DNA of 64,000 bases, taken from the NCBI GenBank assembly GCA_964270895.1, contig OZ185445.1; one strand, 5' to 3'. The notes under the pieces are model-generated. The model saw nothing but the letters and a program-made list of their open reading frames with translations, was not told the DNA's origin and ran no database searches. Positions 23,867-36,671 of the stretch are shown here, in pieces; position 1 is the stretch's first letter, and every line of letters starts with the position of its first letter. Source of the stretch: Podarcis filfolensis (Eukaryota). A program made the position numbers and the translations under genes.

Positions 23867-24904
23867 GTAACGCTATGCATATGCCTTTGGATATCTAGTC
23901 TACAAACTGCTTAAATTACAAACATCTGTACAGGTCTTTTTTAAAAAAAAAAATCCACTTCAAATAAATTTGTTTCAGATTTTGTATGGACTAGTTTTGG
24001 CTGTAAATAGAACATATGGGAGAGCAACAGACCACAAACGTGGTGGGAGACTATTTTTAAATTTATATTTTACTTTTTATTGGTGTAACTGTCAAGGTGC
24101 TAGACTAATTTGACTTGTACGTGTTGCCAAGCTAAACTAGCATTTGTTTCCAACAGACCAGTGTGCCTCAATTTTTAATTCCTGAACTGAATGATGACTG
24201 TTAAGTGCCTCTGCTGCTCAGAAATGCGATGGACATTTTGGTGGTTGACATCATAGTTCCTAGTCTTCCCACTTGCCAACTCCTTACATTTTTCTGCAAT
24301 GCTGTCACTGCTCTAATGTGCAAAGCAGTAACTGACAAAATGGATTGAAACCAAAGTATTTTTTCTCTTCTGAAGCCAGGGTATTCATTAGCATTTGCAA
24401 GGCTCTTTTACTTCTCTTACACTGACATGCTGAGCCAGTAAATGTCTGGCAGGCTTTTGAATAACAGGTCTTTTTTGTAGCAATGAATAGCTTAATTACA
24501 GTCTCTTTTCTTCATACAATATTTATAATTTTAAACGTCAAAGTGCAAGACTGGTCTTTCAAATTAGCCATAAGATTAAGCTGCAGGAATGCTGTTTTGC
24601 CCTGCTAATGAATGCATAGTTTACTTTTCTAAACAGGTGAGCTATAGTAATTTTACACAATATGCTGGTTCTTGGAAGTATTTAAGAACTCATTATTAAT
24701 GAAAAGTAGATTAAACAGCTTACACTTTGGTGCCTATAGAATTGCCTTAAAATGTATACAGCAGTTTTCAAAGCACATAGAAAATGCTCTGGTCTTTGTG
24801 ATCACCGAAGAAGAAGATAACTTTAAAAGAGGGGAAATAAGGATATGTTATTTTAAGTCTCTCTAAGACAGGCTACAGACAAAAAACAAAATAATAGCAG
24901 AACG

Positions 24905-25171
24905 GGGTTGGATCCAGAATTTTGCTTAGCAGAGTTTTACTGGCACTGGAAGGAAGAAGTGATTTTAGTTTATTTGTCCTTTTCTCCGACAACCCCTATA
25001 CCTCCTGAAAACTGTTGCATAGGGTTGGAGACCTGCAGGAGCTCTAGAGACAGCATGGCAATAGGGGAAGTCAGTGGAAATCCTCTTCCGTTCCTCGGGA
25101 CAGAACCAGAACCCAATGCCTTCTATGAATGAACTCTTCCATTGAAGAAATAGCCACTCTGGATCCAACCC
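24905..25171. repeat. Palindromic element with 14-bp TIR, class unknown
   Basis: gggttggatccaga / tctggatccaaccc is a perfect inverted pair; inner ggaagga..tcttcc symmetry; no clear TSD. Confidence 0.55.
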
Positions 25172-25361
25172 TTTGTCATTTAGCTATCTTGCCCTTTCTT
25201 CATTCCATCAAAAATGAAGGCTTTTGGTATCTGTGGAATTGCAGGGCACAGCTATGTTTTTGGACAAGCAAACGGACTTGCATTACAGAAACTTGATGGT
25301 GTGTTTCAGATATCCAGTTCCCTGCAGAAACCAGAAATACTGATTACCTGTACCATTAATA

Positions 25362-25603
25362 CAGTGGTACCACGGGTTAAGTACTTAATTTGTTCCGGAG
25401 GTCCGTTCTTAACCTGAAACTGTTCTTAACCTGAAGCACCACTTTAGCTAATGGGGCCTCCTGCTGCTGCCACGCCACCGGAGCACAATTTCTGTTCTCA
25501 TCCTGAAGCAAAGTTCTTAACCTGAAGCACTATTTCTGGGTTAGCGGAGTCTGTAACCTGAAGCGTATGTAACCTGAAGCGTATGTAACCCCTGGTACCA
25601 CTG
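25362..25603. mobile_element. Tigger-like MITE
   Basis: TIR cagtggtacc / ggtaccactg, TA on the left; internal taacctgaa repeats; related to 36831-37072. Confidence 0.85.
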
Positions 25604-26188
25604 AATTGGAATTTCAGCATGTTGCTGTCCTTGAAATGGGTCAAGCCTTTGAAACTTTGAAGCACTCCTAAAGTGAACCGTTGCAAGCTTGCATTTGGAG
25701 CACTTGCAGAATGCTTAGAGGACACACACAAAGCAGCCCTTGCCAAGATTGTCAACCTCCTTTCCCTGCTCCAAGGTCTGGAAACTTTCCTTGGCGAAAG
25801 GAGGGAAAGTGGCTGAGGCATTGAGTGCGCCTTGGGCTCCTCAGGTTGTCTTCTCCTGCTGTTGATGGGACTGAGACTACCAGCCCCAAAGCGCCCTAAA
25901 AGGCTTCTTTGTTTGTGGAAATTATGTGTAAAGTTTGTTTCCTACCAGTATTCTTGGACTTGGGGTCCAGTATCATCCCTGGCAGGAAAACACTCTCTGC
26001 CGTGGCCTGTGAAGCATCCAGTTCTGCTGTCGTCTTCTTGTGCCTATAGTGCATTTCAGAGTTTGGGGGCAGTTCACGGGATTGAAGGGATTGCTTGCTT
26101 CGATCCTGGTTGCAAACATTCAAGCAGAGGCTCTCACATTTTACAATGAACTTTGCCCGAAAGATTCTATAACTCCTACTGTCAAGCT

Positions 26189-26324
26189 CAGGCATAGGCA
26201 AACTCGGGCCCTCCAGATGTTTGGGACTACAGTTCCCATCATCCCTGACCACTAGTCCTGTTAGCTAGGGATGATGGGAATTGTAGTCCCAAACATCTGG
26301 AGGGCCCGAGTTTGCCTATGCCTG
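26189..26324. mobile_element. Near-perfect hairpin hAT MITE (136 bp)
   Basis: 58-bp arms with one mismatch; perfect 8-bp TSD gtcaagct (26181-26188 and 26325-26332). Confidence 0.92.
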
Positions 26325-27679
26325 GTCAAGCTTTTCTCTAGGTGAAGTTCATTATGTTTGTACCTCTTTCATATGTAAACATGAAGTTTCTTTGCGAAAC
26401 AGATTTCGAAATGGATTCAAGGGCAAAAACAGCTTCAGCTTGGAAAAAAAACCATTTCTATTTTGCAACGTAACTTGCATTATATAAAATTTGAAATACA
26501 GACCGCTGTGTGTCGAGCACTCTTAATCTCATGTCATGTTGGGCTGTGAGTTTACCTGTTTTTTTATTTTAATGTAAAATACTTTTTGGGGTTAAAACAT
26601 TCTGCTAGGTGCTAACAGTTACATATGAAGAATTGTTCAGTAGTCACTGTGTATGGTACCCGATAAGATTTAGGCACTTGCACTTGAAAAATGAATACCA
26701 GCCAGAGGATGGTATGTATTTGATGGAACTTGAGAAGTCCTGTCGCTAACTGTTAAAAAGATTAAAGTTTTTCTCTATGGCAGGTTTGTTCTTACGACAT
26801 CAGTGTGGTCTGGTCCAAGGGGCTTTCCCCCTTGATATTTGCACTTTATATTTATTAAAAGAGGACTAATAGGCATATGTAGTAATCAGATGATTCAGAA
26901 ATCCCAAACATTCCAAACTCAAAAGCTAGAAATATCCTCTTTGCAGGCAAACAACATTGGTTAAAAATTCTAGCTACGTGGATGAAAAAACTGGGTTAAT
27001 TGTTTGCAGGAGTTCGTGAAGCTATTGGAACAGAAAACTGTTTTTAGATTCTTCAGGCTTCATTTTGCCAGAACTGTATAAAACATTTATTTTAAAATAC
27101 AGGAAAGAGACAAAGAACGCTATGAACCTTGCTAGTTCTTCCTCTGTGCGTGATTTATTTTATGAATGTCCAAACTGGACATATAAGATGTATTTGTAGA
27201 AAAAGAGGGTGGATTACAATAATACTATTATTTGGCCTTCATTGATTCAATTTATCCTATTTCACAAAATATTTATATCACATGACATGTTACAAGTTTT
27301 TATGTAAACCCATGTCACTGTTCTGAAATGAGCATTCTGGGCCAGTGTAACAGAGCTGAGGTGATGCCCAGCTAATCCCTACTCACGGTAGACCCATTGA
27401 AATCAGTGGACTTAAGTTACTTAAGTTCATTGATTTCCATGGATCTGCTGATATTGTGTATTAGTTGAATGTTGCCTATGATCCGCAAACCCTAATTAAG
27501 AAATTTGGAACTTGCCATAAGATTCCATGGTCCTGGCAAGGAACAAATTCCCTCTTCCTGCCTTAACAGCAGTTAAGGCGCACATCAGTATCAACACAGC
27601 TGACCATTAAAGCTAAAGAAATTTCAAGAATAATCTGCCTCCTATGGTTCAAAGTTAGGTATGAATTTGTCTGCAAATA

Positions 27680-28175
27680 CAGTGGTACCTTGGTTCTCAA
27701 ACACCTTGATACTCAAACAACTTGGAACCCAAACACTGCAAACCCGGAAGTAAGTGTTCCAGTTTATGAACTTTTTTCCAGAAGCTGAACGTGCTCTGTT
27801 TTGATTATTCTTCCGTTTTGAGTGACACATCTGTCGGTTTTGAGTGCCACACTTCCATTTTGAGTGTTATGCTGAGGTCTGTCTGGTTTTGCTATTTATT
27901 TTGCGTTTTTGTTTTTGCTGCTTTTTTGTGACTGTGTGGAACCCAGTTCAGCTACTGATTGATTGTGTGGCTGCAGTACATTGTTCATTGCTTTCATTTT
28001 ATGCATCAGTGGTCTCGTTAGATAGTAAAATTCATGTTAAGTTGCTGTTTTAGGGGTTGTTTCTAAAAGTCTGGAATGGCTTAATCCATTTTGCATTACT
28101 TTCTATGGAAAAGCTTGCTTTGGTTTTGGAACGGACTTCTGGAACGGATTAAGTTTGAGAACCAAGGTACCACTG
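27680..28175. mobile_element. Tigger-like MITE (about 500 bp)
   Basis: TIR cagtggtaccttggttctcaaac / gtttgagaaccaaggtaccactg, TA on both sides. Confidence 0.9.
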
Positions 28176-28425
28176 TATGGACCTTATAGATATAAACAAT
28201 TTTCTAGATAAATTTGTATATTTGTTTGTGTATCAGCAATAGTTCTTTGGAATTGTTTGAGTGTATTTCTTCAAAGTGTGGTGGCAAATGACAGCGCATT
28301 GATCAAGTTGCCCTGTTCATTAGCTACACCTTGGATAATAGTTTACTTTCGCCACAGAGGAAGTGGGGAAATCCTTCAACAGGAAGGAAATGGGACTGAG
28401 CTGTTATGGCCAGCTCTGAACAGCA

Positions 28426-28703
28426 GGGTAAAGGTAAAGGACCCTGACAGTTAAGTTTAGTCACGAACGACTCTGGGTTGTGGCACTCATCTCGCTTTCA
28501 GGCCAAGGGAGCCGACGTTTGTCCACTCCGCAGACAGTATTTCCAGGTCACATGGCCAGCATGACTAAGCCGCTTCTGGCGCAACAGAACACCAAAACCA
28601 GAGCAGCACACGGAAATGCAGTTTACCTTCCCACCAGAGTGATACCTATTTATCTACTTGTACTTTCTGGCGTGCTTTCGAACTGGTAGGTTGGCAGGAG
28701 CTG
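28426..28703 (-). mobile_element. Sauria SINE, 5'-truncated
   Basis: ggtaaaggtaaaggaccc tail; homologous to 4895-5160. Confidence 0.85.
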
Positions 28704-29150
28704 AGTCAGTTTACTATCATTAATTTCTGAAATAATCACCACGCATCATTTACCAAAACTGGATATATCTTCTCGCATACTCTTTCATCCTCAAGTCGTT
28801 TGTTCTTCCATAAGAGAATCAAGTCTTTAGGGATCAGCTGCCAGACAGGTGTAGTAAGTTATGTTGAAATGCTATCAGTCAGAGTGCTATTCGAGGATGT
28901 CAGGTACAAACACTTAAGAATAATACGATGACTGTTTGGGGATAGTACCTGAAGAAAAATACCCAAAGAGGCAAGGCCACCCTTGGCATTTAATCGAGGT
29001 GTGATCACTCACTCCTTGTTCTGTTCGTTGTCTCCACTCCCATCGATTTACTGCCTCCAGGACTGCCTTCCCCCACCAACAGCCTGTTAATCTTTAAAAA
29101 AAGGCATTGTACATATTCAGAAAACAAAGTACTGCCTTGCTTTCACAATA

Positions 29151-29352
29151 CAGTGGTACCTTGGTTCTCAAACTTAATCTGTTCCGGGAGCCCATTTGAC
29201 TCCCGAAATGGTTTCAAAAACCAAGGCATGGCTTCCTTCACTCAATCGGAAGCCATATCGGACTTCATCTTCCGAAAAATGTTCGCAAACCGGAACACAA
29301 ACTTCTGGGTTTGCAGCATTTGGGAGCCAATTTGTTGGGGAGCCAAGCTGTA
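29151..29352. mobile_element. Tigger-like MITE with eroded right end
   Basis: Left TIR ta|cagtggtaccttggttctcaaac is identical to that of 27680. Confidence 0.7.
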
Positions 29353-30037
29353 TAGTTTCCTTGCAACTCCCTGGCCTGCTTTAGAATGGCTGCAGTTGTA
29401 CATGTATGCATGTTCACTTTTTGTGCCTATAATGTGATACATGCAAGACAAAGAAAGATATGGAAGAGAGTTGCATTTTTAAAAAATGTTTCTGGAATGA
29501 GTCGCAAGCTTGGGGGGTGTATTTGCGTGCTTCTCTCCTCCCAGCGAGATGCATACATTCCTGGCATGAAGGCGCTTCCTTCTGTGTGTGAAGTTGCCAC
29601 AAGTTGCCTTTTTTCTATATGTGAGCTGCTGCAGCAGGATGGCAAATTATAAGCAGATTAGAATGGCTATGGCAGCTTGAACTTTTGCTATGTGCAAGGA
29701 AGAGTATTAATATCACACAAGAGAAAAACAAATGCCTTCAAGATGAAATTTTTATGCTCCACATTGTCTCTTCTGAAGTCAGTTCAGGGAGCAGGGTCAT
29801 AAATAATGTTTGTTTTTCTTAATTATTGGGTAATGACAGCCAATACAATCCAAAACAGCTTAATGGCTTGCCTTGTGTCCAAAATGGAATTTTTAAAATC
29901 TGCTCTGTGTTCCGACTACTTTTGCTGCTTTTCTCTTCTCTCTGGTTGAATCTCAACCATTTTAAGCATTCTTGCGGTTGTTTTTCAATGCCTGTGCCAT
30001 GTTGGTAAATATGATTGCAAGAAAATGGCTTCATTTA

Positions 30038-31748
30038 CCGTATTTTTCGCACCATAGGACGCACTTTTTCCCTCCTAAAAAGCAAGTGAAAATGTGTGTG
30101 CGTCCTATGGAGCGAATGCAGGCTTTCACTGAAGCCTGGAAAGTGAGAGGGGTCGGTGCGCACCGACCCTTCTCGCTCTCAAGGCTTCAGAAAGCTATCC
30201 GCTAGCCGTGGGAGACCCAGCTCTCCCACGGCTAGCGGGGCGCTGCATTAATCCCGAAGCTTGGGGCGTGCGGAGCTCAGCGCGCCCCAAGCTTCTGGGT
30301 GCCGGCAAGGTCTCCGCTAGCCGTCTAGACCTTGCCGGCACCCAGAAGCTTGGGGCGCGCTGAGCTCCGCAGCCCCAAGCTTCGGGATTAGCGCTCCGCT
30401 AGCCGTGTCTAGGCTGCGGATAGCAGCCTGCTTCCCGGAGCGTCGGGCGCCCTGAAAGCAGAGCGCCCGGCGCTTAGGGAACACATCCGCAGCCTAGGCA
30501 ACCCTGCGGGAGGTCCCGCAGGGATGTCTAGGCTGCGGATAGCAGCCTGCTTCCCGGAGCGTCGGGCGCCCTGAAAGCAGAGCGCCCGGCGCTTCGGGAA
30601 CACATCCGCAGCCTAGGCAACCCTGCGGGAGGTCCCGCAGGGATGTCTAGGCTGCGGATAGCAGCCTGCTTCCCGGAGCGTCGGGCGCCCTGAAAGCAGA
30701 GCGCCCGGTGCTTCGGAAACACATCCGCAGCCTAGGCAACCCTGCGGGAGGTCCCGCAGGGATGTCTAGGCTGCGGATAGCAGCCTGCTTCCCGGAGCGT
30801 CGGGCGCCCTGAAAGCAGAGCGCCCGGCGCTTCGGGAACACATCCGCAGCCTAGGCAACCCTGCGGGAGGTCCCGCAGGGATGTCTAGGCTGCGGATAGC
30901 AGCCTGCTTCCTGGAGCGTCGGGCGCCCTGAAAGCAGAGCGCCCGGCGCTTCGGGAACACATCCGCAGGGTGGGGAGCCCTGCAGGAGTTCCCCGCAAGG
31001 CTCCCCACGCTGCGGATAGCAGCCTGCCGCCCGGCGGGCGGGGCGCCCTGAATCAGAGCGCCCCTCGCGCCGGGCAGACATCCGCAGGGTGGGGAGCCCT
31101 GCAGGAGTTCCCCGCAAGGCTCCCCAAGCTGCGGATAGCAGCCTGCCGCCCGGTGGGCGGGGCGCCCTGAATCAGAGCGCCCCTCGCGCCGGGCAGACAT
31201 CCGCAGGGTGGGGAGCCCTGCAGGAGTTCCCCGCAAGGCTCCCCAAGCTGCGGATAGCAGCCTGCCGCCTGGCGGGCGGGGCGCCCTGAATCAGAGCGCC
31301 CCTCGCGCCGGGCAGACATCCGCAGGGTGGGGAGCCCTGCAGGAGTTCCCCGCAAGGCTCCCCAAGCTGCGGATAGCAGCCTGCCGCCCGGCGGGCGGGG
31401 CGCCCTGAATCAGAGCGCCCCTCGCGCCGGGCAGACATCCGCAGGGTGGGGAGCCCTGCAGGAGTTCCCCGCAAGGCTCCCCAAGCTGCGGATAGCAGCC
31501 TGCCGCCCGGCGGGCGGGGCGCCCTGAATCAGAGCGCCCCGCGCGCCAGGCAGACATCAGCCAGCCCCACAAGCTCGGGGGACAGCAGGGAGGCGCAGCG
31601 CCACTATCCCGCTGTTCCTTGACCTGGTTCGGTTTCCCTGACCTGCTTTTGGGGGGGAAATAAAGGGAAAAATTTTTTCCTTTATTTCCCCCCAAAAAAA
31701 CTAGGTGCGCCCTATGGTCCGGTGCGTCCAATCGTGCGAAAAATACGG
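30038..31748. mobile_element. Tc2-like (MER104/Kanga-type TIR) non-autonomous DNA transposon carrying palindromes and a tandem array
   Basis: 27-bp TIR ccgtatttttcgcaccataggacgcac / gtgcgtccaatcgtgcgaaaaatacgg (2 mismatches); TA at 30036-30037 and 31749-31750; no transposase ORF. Confidence 0.88.
30407..31560. repeat. GC/CpG-rich 119-bp tandem array, about 9.7 units, two variants
   Basis: Type A units start at 30407, 30526, 30645, 30764 and 30883 (partial); type B at 30969, 31088, 31207, 31326 and 31445. The ORF track also repeats at a 119-nt period. Confidence 0.95.
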
Positions 31749-32089
31749 TATATATTTAATAAGTACTTCTTGAACTTGAATTCTAAATTTGCTACCAAGT
31801 GGAGTTTAGTGTTTGCCTGAAGAATTTATAAAGCAAAAAAGGAGATAGAACTATGTACTGCCTGTGAATTTACAGCTGGGTTTTCAAGTGAAGGATTTTC
31901 TCTACTTCACTTTTACAAAGTGGCATGAATATTTCATAGAATGTACTTGTAAGAGCAGTGGCTAGCTAAATTACAGTTATACCTATGCCAGTGAAATACC
32001 ATAACATTTAAATTTTAGGACTTCCAACTGTAATACCATTTTCTGCCAGAAAGGGTTTTAGTGGACTGTTCAAGTTCTAGGTCATGATG

Positions 32090-32253
32090 AGTATAGATTG
32101 GCTTTACCTGCAGCCAATCGGAAGCCGTGGAAGTCCTGTTGGACATTCGGGTTCCAAATAACTTTCACAAACTTTCACCCACTTCCTGGTTTGCAGCATT
32201 CGGAAGCCAAAATGTCGTGAGTACCAAGGCGTTCAGGATCCAAGGTACAACTG
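32090..32253. mobile_element. Tigger-like MITE, right half
   Basis: Ends caaggtacaactg|ta; internal gcagccaatcggaagcc as in 21579 and 49424. Confidence 0.65.
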
Positions 32254-34742
32254 TATTTGAAAATTAAAGAGAAAACTGCTTATGGTGATAGTTACTACCT
32301 AAGTACATGCCCACATATCAAAACTAGGAAAGCTTATTCTTGCTTTAATCCTGATATTGCTTATAATTGAAATTTGATTTTGACTTTGGGGAAGGTGATG
32401 TGGAACACATTTCAAGGAAAAATTAGAGGATACTATCCCAAGCGAATGCTGACATACACAACTGAAGAATTGCTAAGGAAATGGAATGTTCAAACATTGC
32501 AATTTTGGTTTTTGTGATTGCCCCACTGAATGATGTTATGACCCAGCTTTTTCCTTTTGTCCAACTTGGTTTTTGTAGCATCGATAACCAAAATACTTTC
32601 TGCAGTAGCTTGCAAAGAGCAGTTTGGAGAGCGACTGCTTTTTAAATCACCACAAAATTACGGTCTTGCAAACGAATGTTTTCATCCTAGAGGAAAGACG
32701 GTTAATTATATTTCCTATATGTGACTACTGACTTGAATGGGAACCATGGGGCTGAAACCATTCCTCTAGTTACACTGTCTAAAATGCGCATATCATAGTT
32801 TCCAGGTTAAACTTTAAGCTGAAGTCATTGCTTCCATTTTGTCTTGGAAGCCTTTTAAAATCATGAAAATAAGTTTAGGAACATGTCACTGCATTTGAAA
32901 AGTTAACTGTGCCAGCACTTTTGTACTTATCTGAATCGTATCTCACTGATTTTGTTGGTGCTTTTCCCAAATTCAACAACTTCAACAACAACAACAGTGA
33001 CATTTTATTACAGTCATAGACCAGCATAAGGAAAGAGGGGTACAATCATTTAAAATCATATAAAATCTAAAAAACAAAACAAAACACTAAAAGGAGTTAA
33101 AACAGAATATATATATATATAAGTCCAAAAGAAGCTAAGAAAGTCTAAAAGAAGGGTTAGGAACATCAGACAATAGTGAAAGAGTGCAAAAGGCTAGTAT
33201 ATATAAGACCACAGATATCAGTCTACAGAGCACTCCAAGTAAGTATTAACAGAATTACAGTCTTAAATCTATATGTGAGCCAGTAGAGTTTAGTTTAAAA
33301 GGAAGCATTATCCAAAGGGGTTATTTTAGGGATTCTAAGGGCATATGCATGCCCAAGGCCTTTTTAAAAATAAATGAATGTGGTTTTTTGTATAATTTTA
33401 ACAACATACCTTTGTTGTTGTTAACAACTGCATTTAACAACTGCATTAGTTGTTGGTTTTGAAGAAAGACTAGTTCAACTCTGAAGGTTGCAGCCAAGTA
33501 AGACTCACTGAAATGAATGAACCAAAGATAGTCATTTATTTCAGTGGGGCTACTCTGAGTAACATTGAATACAACCTCCAGTTTTTATAAAGGAATTATG
33601 TTTATTTGGATTCTTGTCATTATTTGGAATGGTATTGTGGCTGAATTTAAGTGAGTGGGGATTCTTAGCAGCAGAAGATAAATTTGTGTCGATTTAGTAC
33701 ATTGAAATAATGTCACTGTTATTGGTAAAAATACCAGTGCATGAGTTTACTTCAAGATTGAATTTTGTCTTAAATTTTATGTACTTGTAGACTATTTTAT
33801 ATTTTATGAAACTTTGATAAATAACAGCTCTTGTCAACAGAGCAAAGTGTTTTAGTAGCCTGCCCACATCTGTCTACTTTGTGTGTAAAGATATTTGTGG
33901 GTTTCTTTTCTTTACACCTGTAGACTAAGATTTCCCTGGGCCATAGGGTTGCATTCCTTACCACAGGAGTTGGAAAACTCCACCCGGCAGCCCTAACTAG
34001 GCTCATCATGAGCCCCATTTGGTCTGCGAGGTAGTTTTCTCCAGACCACCCCCCCAATACTTAATGTCCTTTTTGACATCATCTGCGGGACAGGTAGTGA
34101 CAAAACTGCCAAGGAGCAGTCAGTAGCCTTAAGGTGCCCTTCACAAGGCTGCCAATCAGCCTGTCAAGAACTCTGCAGCATAGCTGGCCCCTGCCAAAAG
34201 TGAGGCTTGAAGTCATTGCCAGTCAGCTGTAAGGTACTGAATTTAACCTGGCTAGGATGGTTGTACCGTGGAGTTCCCGATGGAGAACTCAGTATTGCAG
34301 CTGCCCCTGTTGAAAACGTGGCTTGAGGTCTGCTGCCACCAGCTGATCGACACTGACTTCAACCCCTAGGGATTGGTTGTGTGCTCCTTGAATTCCAGCC
34401 ACCAAGGAAAGATTGTGATGTCGGGGGATGGGCAAGTGGGCATCCCTTCTGGACATGGGGGGAACCCTGGATCTAGCTTACCAGCTAGAAAAGGTCCCAC
34501 CTTGCCTTATCCATTCTGTCACTACTTGCCTAAGCTGGTCATTCTCATTTTACAGAGAAGCTTGGAAACATAACCAGAGAGATTGTGACTTGGCTCAGCC
34601 GGCTCTGTTTGAGTTGTGATTTTAGGCCAGGTCCACTGCACAACTTTATCAGTTACACGCTATTTATGTGACATCACACAAGATGCATGCTCAATTCTTC
34701 TTTGTTAATTCAGTGTTGGCCTTAAATATAAACTTGGAGATA

Positions 34743-34904
34743 CAGTTGTACCTTAGAAGTCGAATGGAATCCGTTCTGGAAGTTTGCAACGGACGTTTGG
34801 GTTCCAAAGAATGTTCGCAAGCCAGAAGAATCACTTCCAGGTTTGCGGCGTTCAGGACCCAAAACGTTTGACTCGCAAGTCGTTCGAGATTCAAGATACA
34901 ACTG
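34743..34904. mobile_element. Tigger-like MITE
   Basis: TIR cagttgtacctt / aagatacaactg, TA on both sides. Confidence 0.8.
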
Positions 34905-35457
34905 TAGTGGGTATCAAGTTCAAATTAGTCTTAACTGATGATTCTTCCTTTAGGTTAGGTGGAGGTGCTGTTGGAACTCCTTGTGGGTCAAGTTTATTGT
35001 AAAGCTAGTAAGTGGGGTGGGTGTGTTTTTCCTCCAAAGGCATGAGGATGTTTTTCCCCAGTTGGCGTCAAAACTTCAAATGACATTCCCATCTGCAAAA
35101 CCTGGTGTGAATTTGACCACAGTAGCTATCAGACGGCTGGAACTTTCATCACCTTGCTATGACCAAAAGGGGAAAAAATCCCCTTGCTGTTTTAAATTTG
35201 CAATGCCAGATGTGATGTGTTACTTGCATTTCTTACCAACAACCAGACAATAAACAACAAGTTTTAAAATAGAATACTGGAATGAAAGTCACAAACTGAA
35301 TTAGCCTAAGCCATTCTCCATATTGTAGCGTATTGTGGAAGAATTAAGAACATTTTAAATGATACTCGGTGAACTGCATGTTCAATCCACTGCTCAACCC
35401 ATTACTTGAATTATGTCTTGTATGGAGTTGCCAAGATACAGAAGTACGTCAGGGTAC

Positions 35458-35645
35458 CATAGGAGCCAACTCCCAGGGGCTGTGGGGGCTTTGACCCCCA
35501 CAATGAAATATTTGGGGGGGCGGACCCCCACAAAGTTGATGGGCATTCTCATTCAAATGGTGTGTGTGCACTGTATCATGTGATCGATTATGCAGGGTGG
35601 GGCTTACCTGCCCCCCCCCATATTTTATTCAGGTTGGCACCCCTG
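35458..35645. mobile_element. hAT-type MITE
   Basis: Ends cataggagccaact / aggttggcacccctg; degenerate 8-bp TSD cagggtac / cattgtac. Confidence 0.55.
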
Positions 35646-35795
35646 CATTGTACAGAACATCACTAAAGAATGTAATGCCTTATGTCAGTTAGAAATCATT
35701 TACATTTCCAGGGTGACCCGAAGTGGAAGCTGTGTGGATTGTTTTTTCTAAATATAGACGATTCAAATGCAGATTCTAATTTTGAATTTCATATC

Positions 35796-36037
35796 CAGTG
35801 GTACCTTGGTTCTCGAACGTAATCCATTCCAAAAGTCCATTTGACTTCCGAAACATTCAAAATCCAAGGTGCTGCTTCTGATTGGCGCCGGTGCCCAAGG
35901 AAACAATAGCCGACAGCCACATCGGATGTTTGGCTGCCAAAGAACATTTGGAAACCAGAACACTTACTTCTGGGTTTTTGGCATGTGGGAGCCAAAATGG
36001 TTCAAGCACCAAGGCGTTCAAGACCAAGGTTCCACTG
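35796..36037. mobile_element. Tigger-like MITE
   Basis: TIR cagtggtaccttgg / ccaaggttccactg. Confidence 0.8.
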
Positions 36038-36671
36038 TATTTTCAAAATAAGCATGCATACTACCTGTTAAACCAGCTGCTGTTACTCTGTATTGTAACT
36101 CTACCTCATAACTGTACATTGTATCTCTACCTAGTGTAGCCATTTACACATCACCACAAAAAAAGGGGAATTGCAACAAAATAAGGCTATTGTTGCCAAC
36201 GTGCTCCGAAAGAAAACTGTACAGGAGGTGGAGAACTGTAAATGCCGAGTGGTTGAAATTTGGGGATATTGTTTACTGCACTATGCAGCTGGCGTTATCC
36301 TAGAAGGGCTGTGTTATAGGTCAACTTGTGTGTATGTGGTGGATTTGTTTTATTTTATTAACATATGAAATCGAGCATAAAACAAAACCATCACAGAAAA
36401 CAGATATGAAATATCAAAGCAGAAACAAGAAGAAGGCCAGAGACCTCAGTAATGCCTTCCAGATTTTTGGTATAATAGGAATTACAATGAGTCTATATAT
36501 TTAAAAAAAAAATTAAACACCATTAACATAGATATCTCTTATTTTTCAAGAGGGATGAGCTGCATTTCCAGTTAGATTTTAATCTAAATTAGATTTTAAT
36601 CCTGTTTTGTCAAAAAGCGGAAATGAAAGCCTTTAGCTAACTCTATTTCTCTCTCTCTTTTCCCCCCACAG

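Noticed and set aside
30407-31560. CRISPR array or repeat-protein gene
   Set aside because: Units are contiguous near-identical copies with no unique spacers, there are no cas genes and the context is vertebrate. The periodic ORFs on both strands reflect stop-poor GC-rich repeats.
30407-31560. Ribozyme-containing satellite or retrozyme
   Set aside because: I inspected both strands of both unit types and found no CUGANGA...GAAA core.
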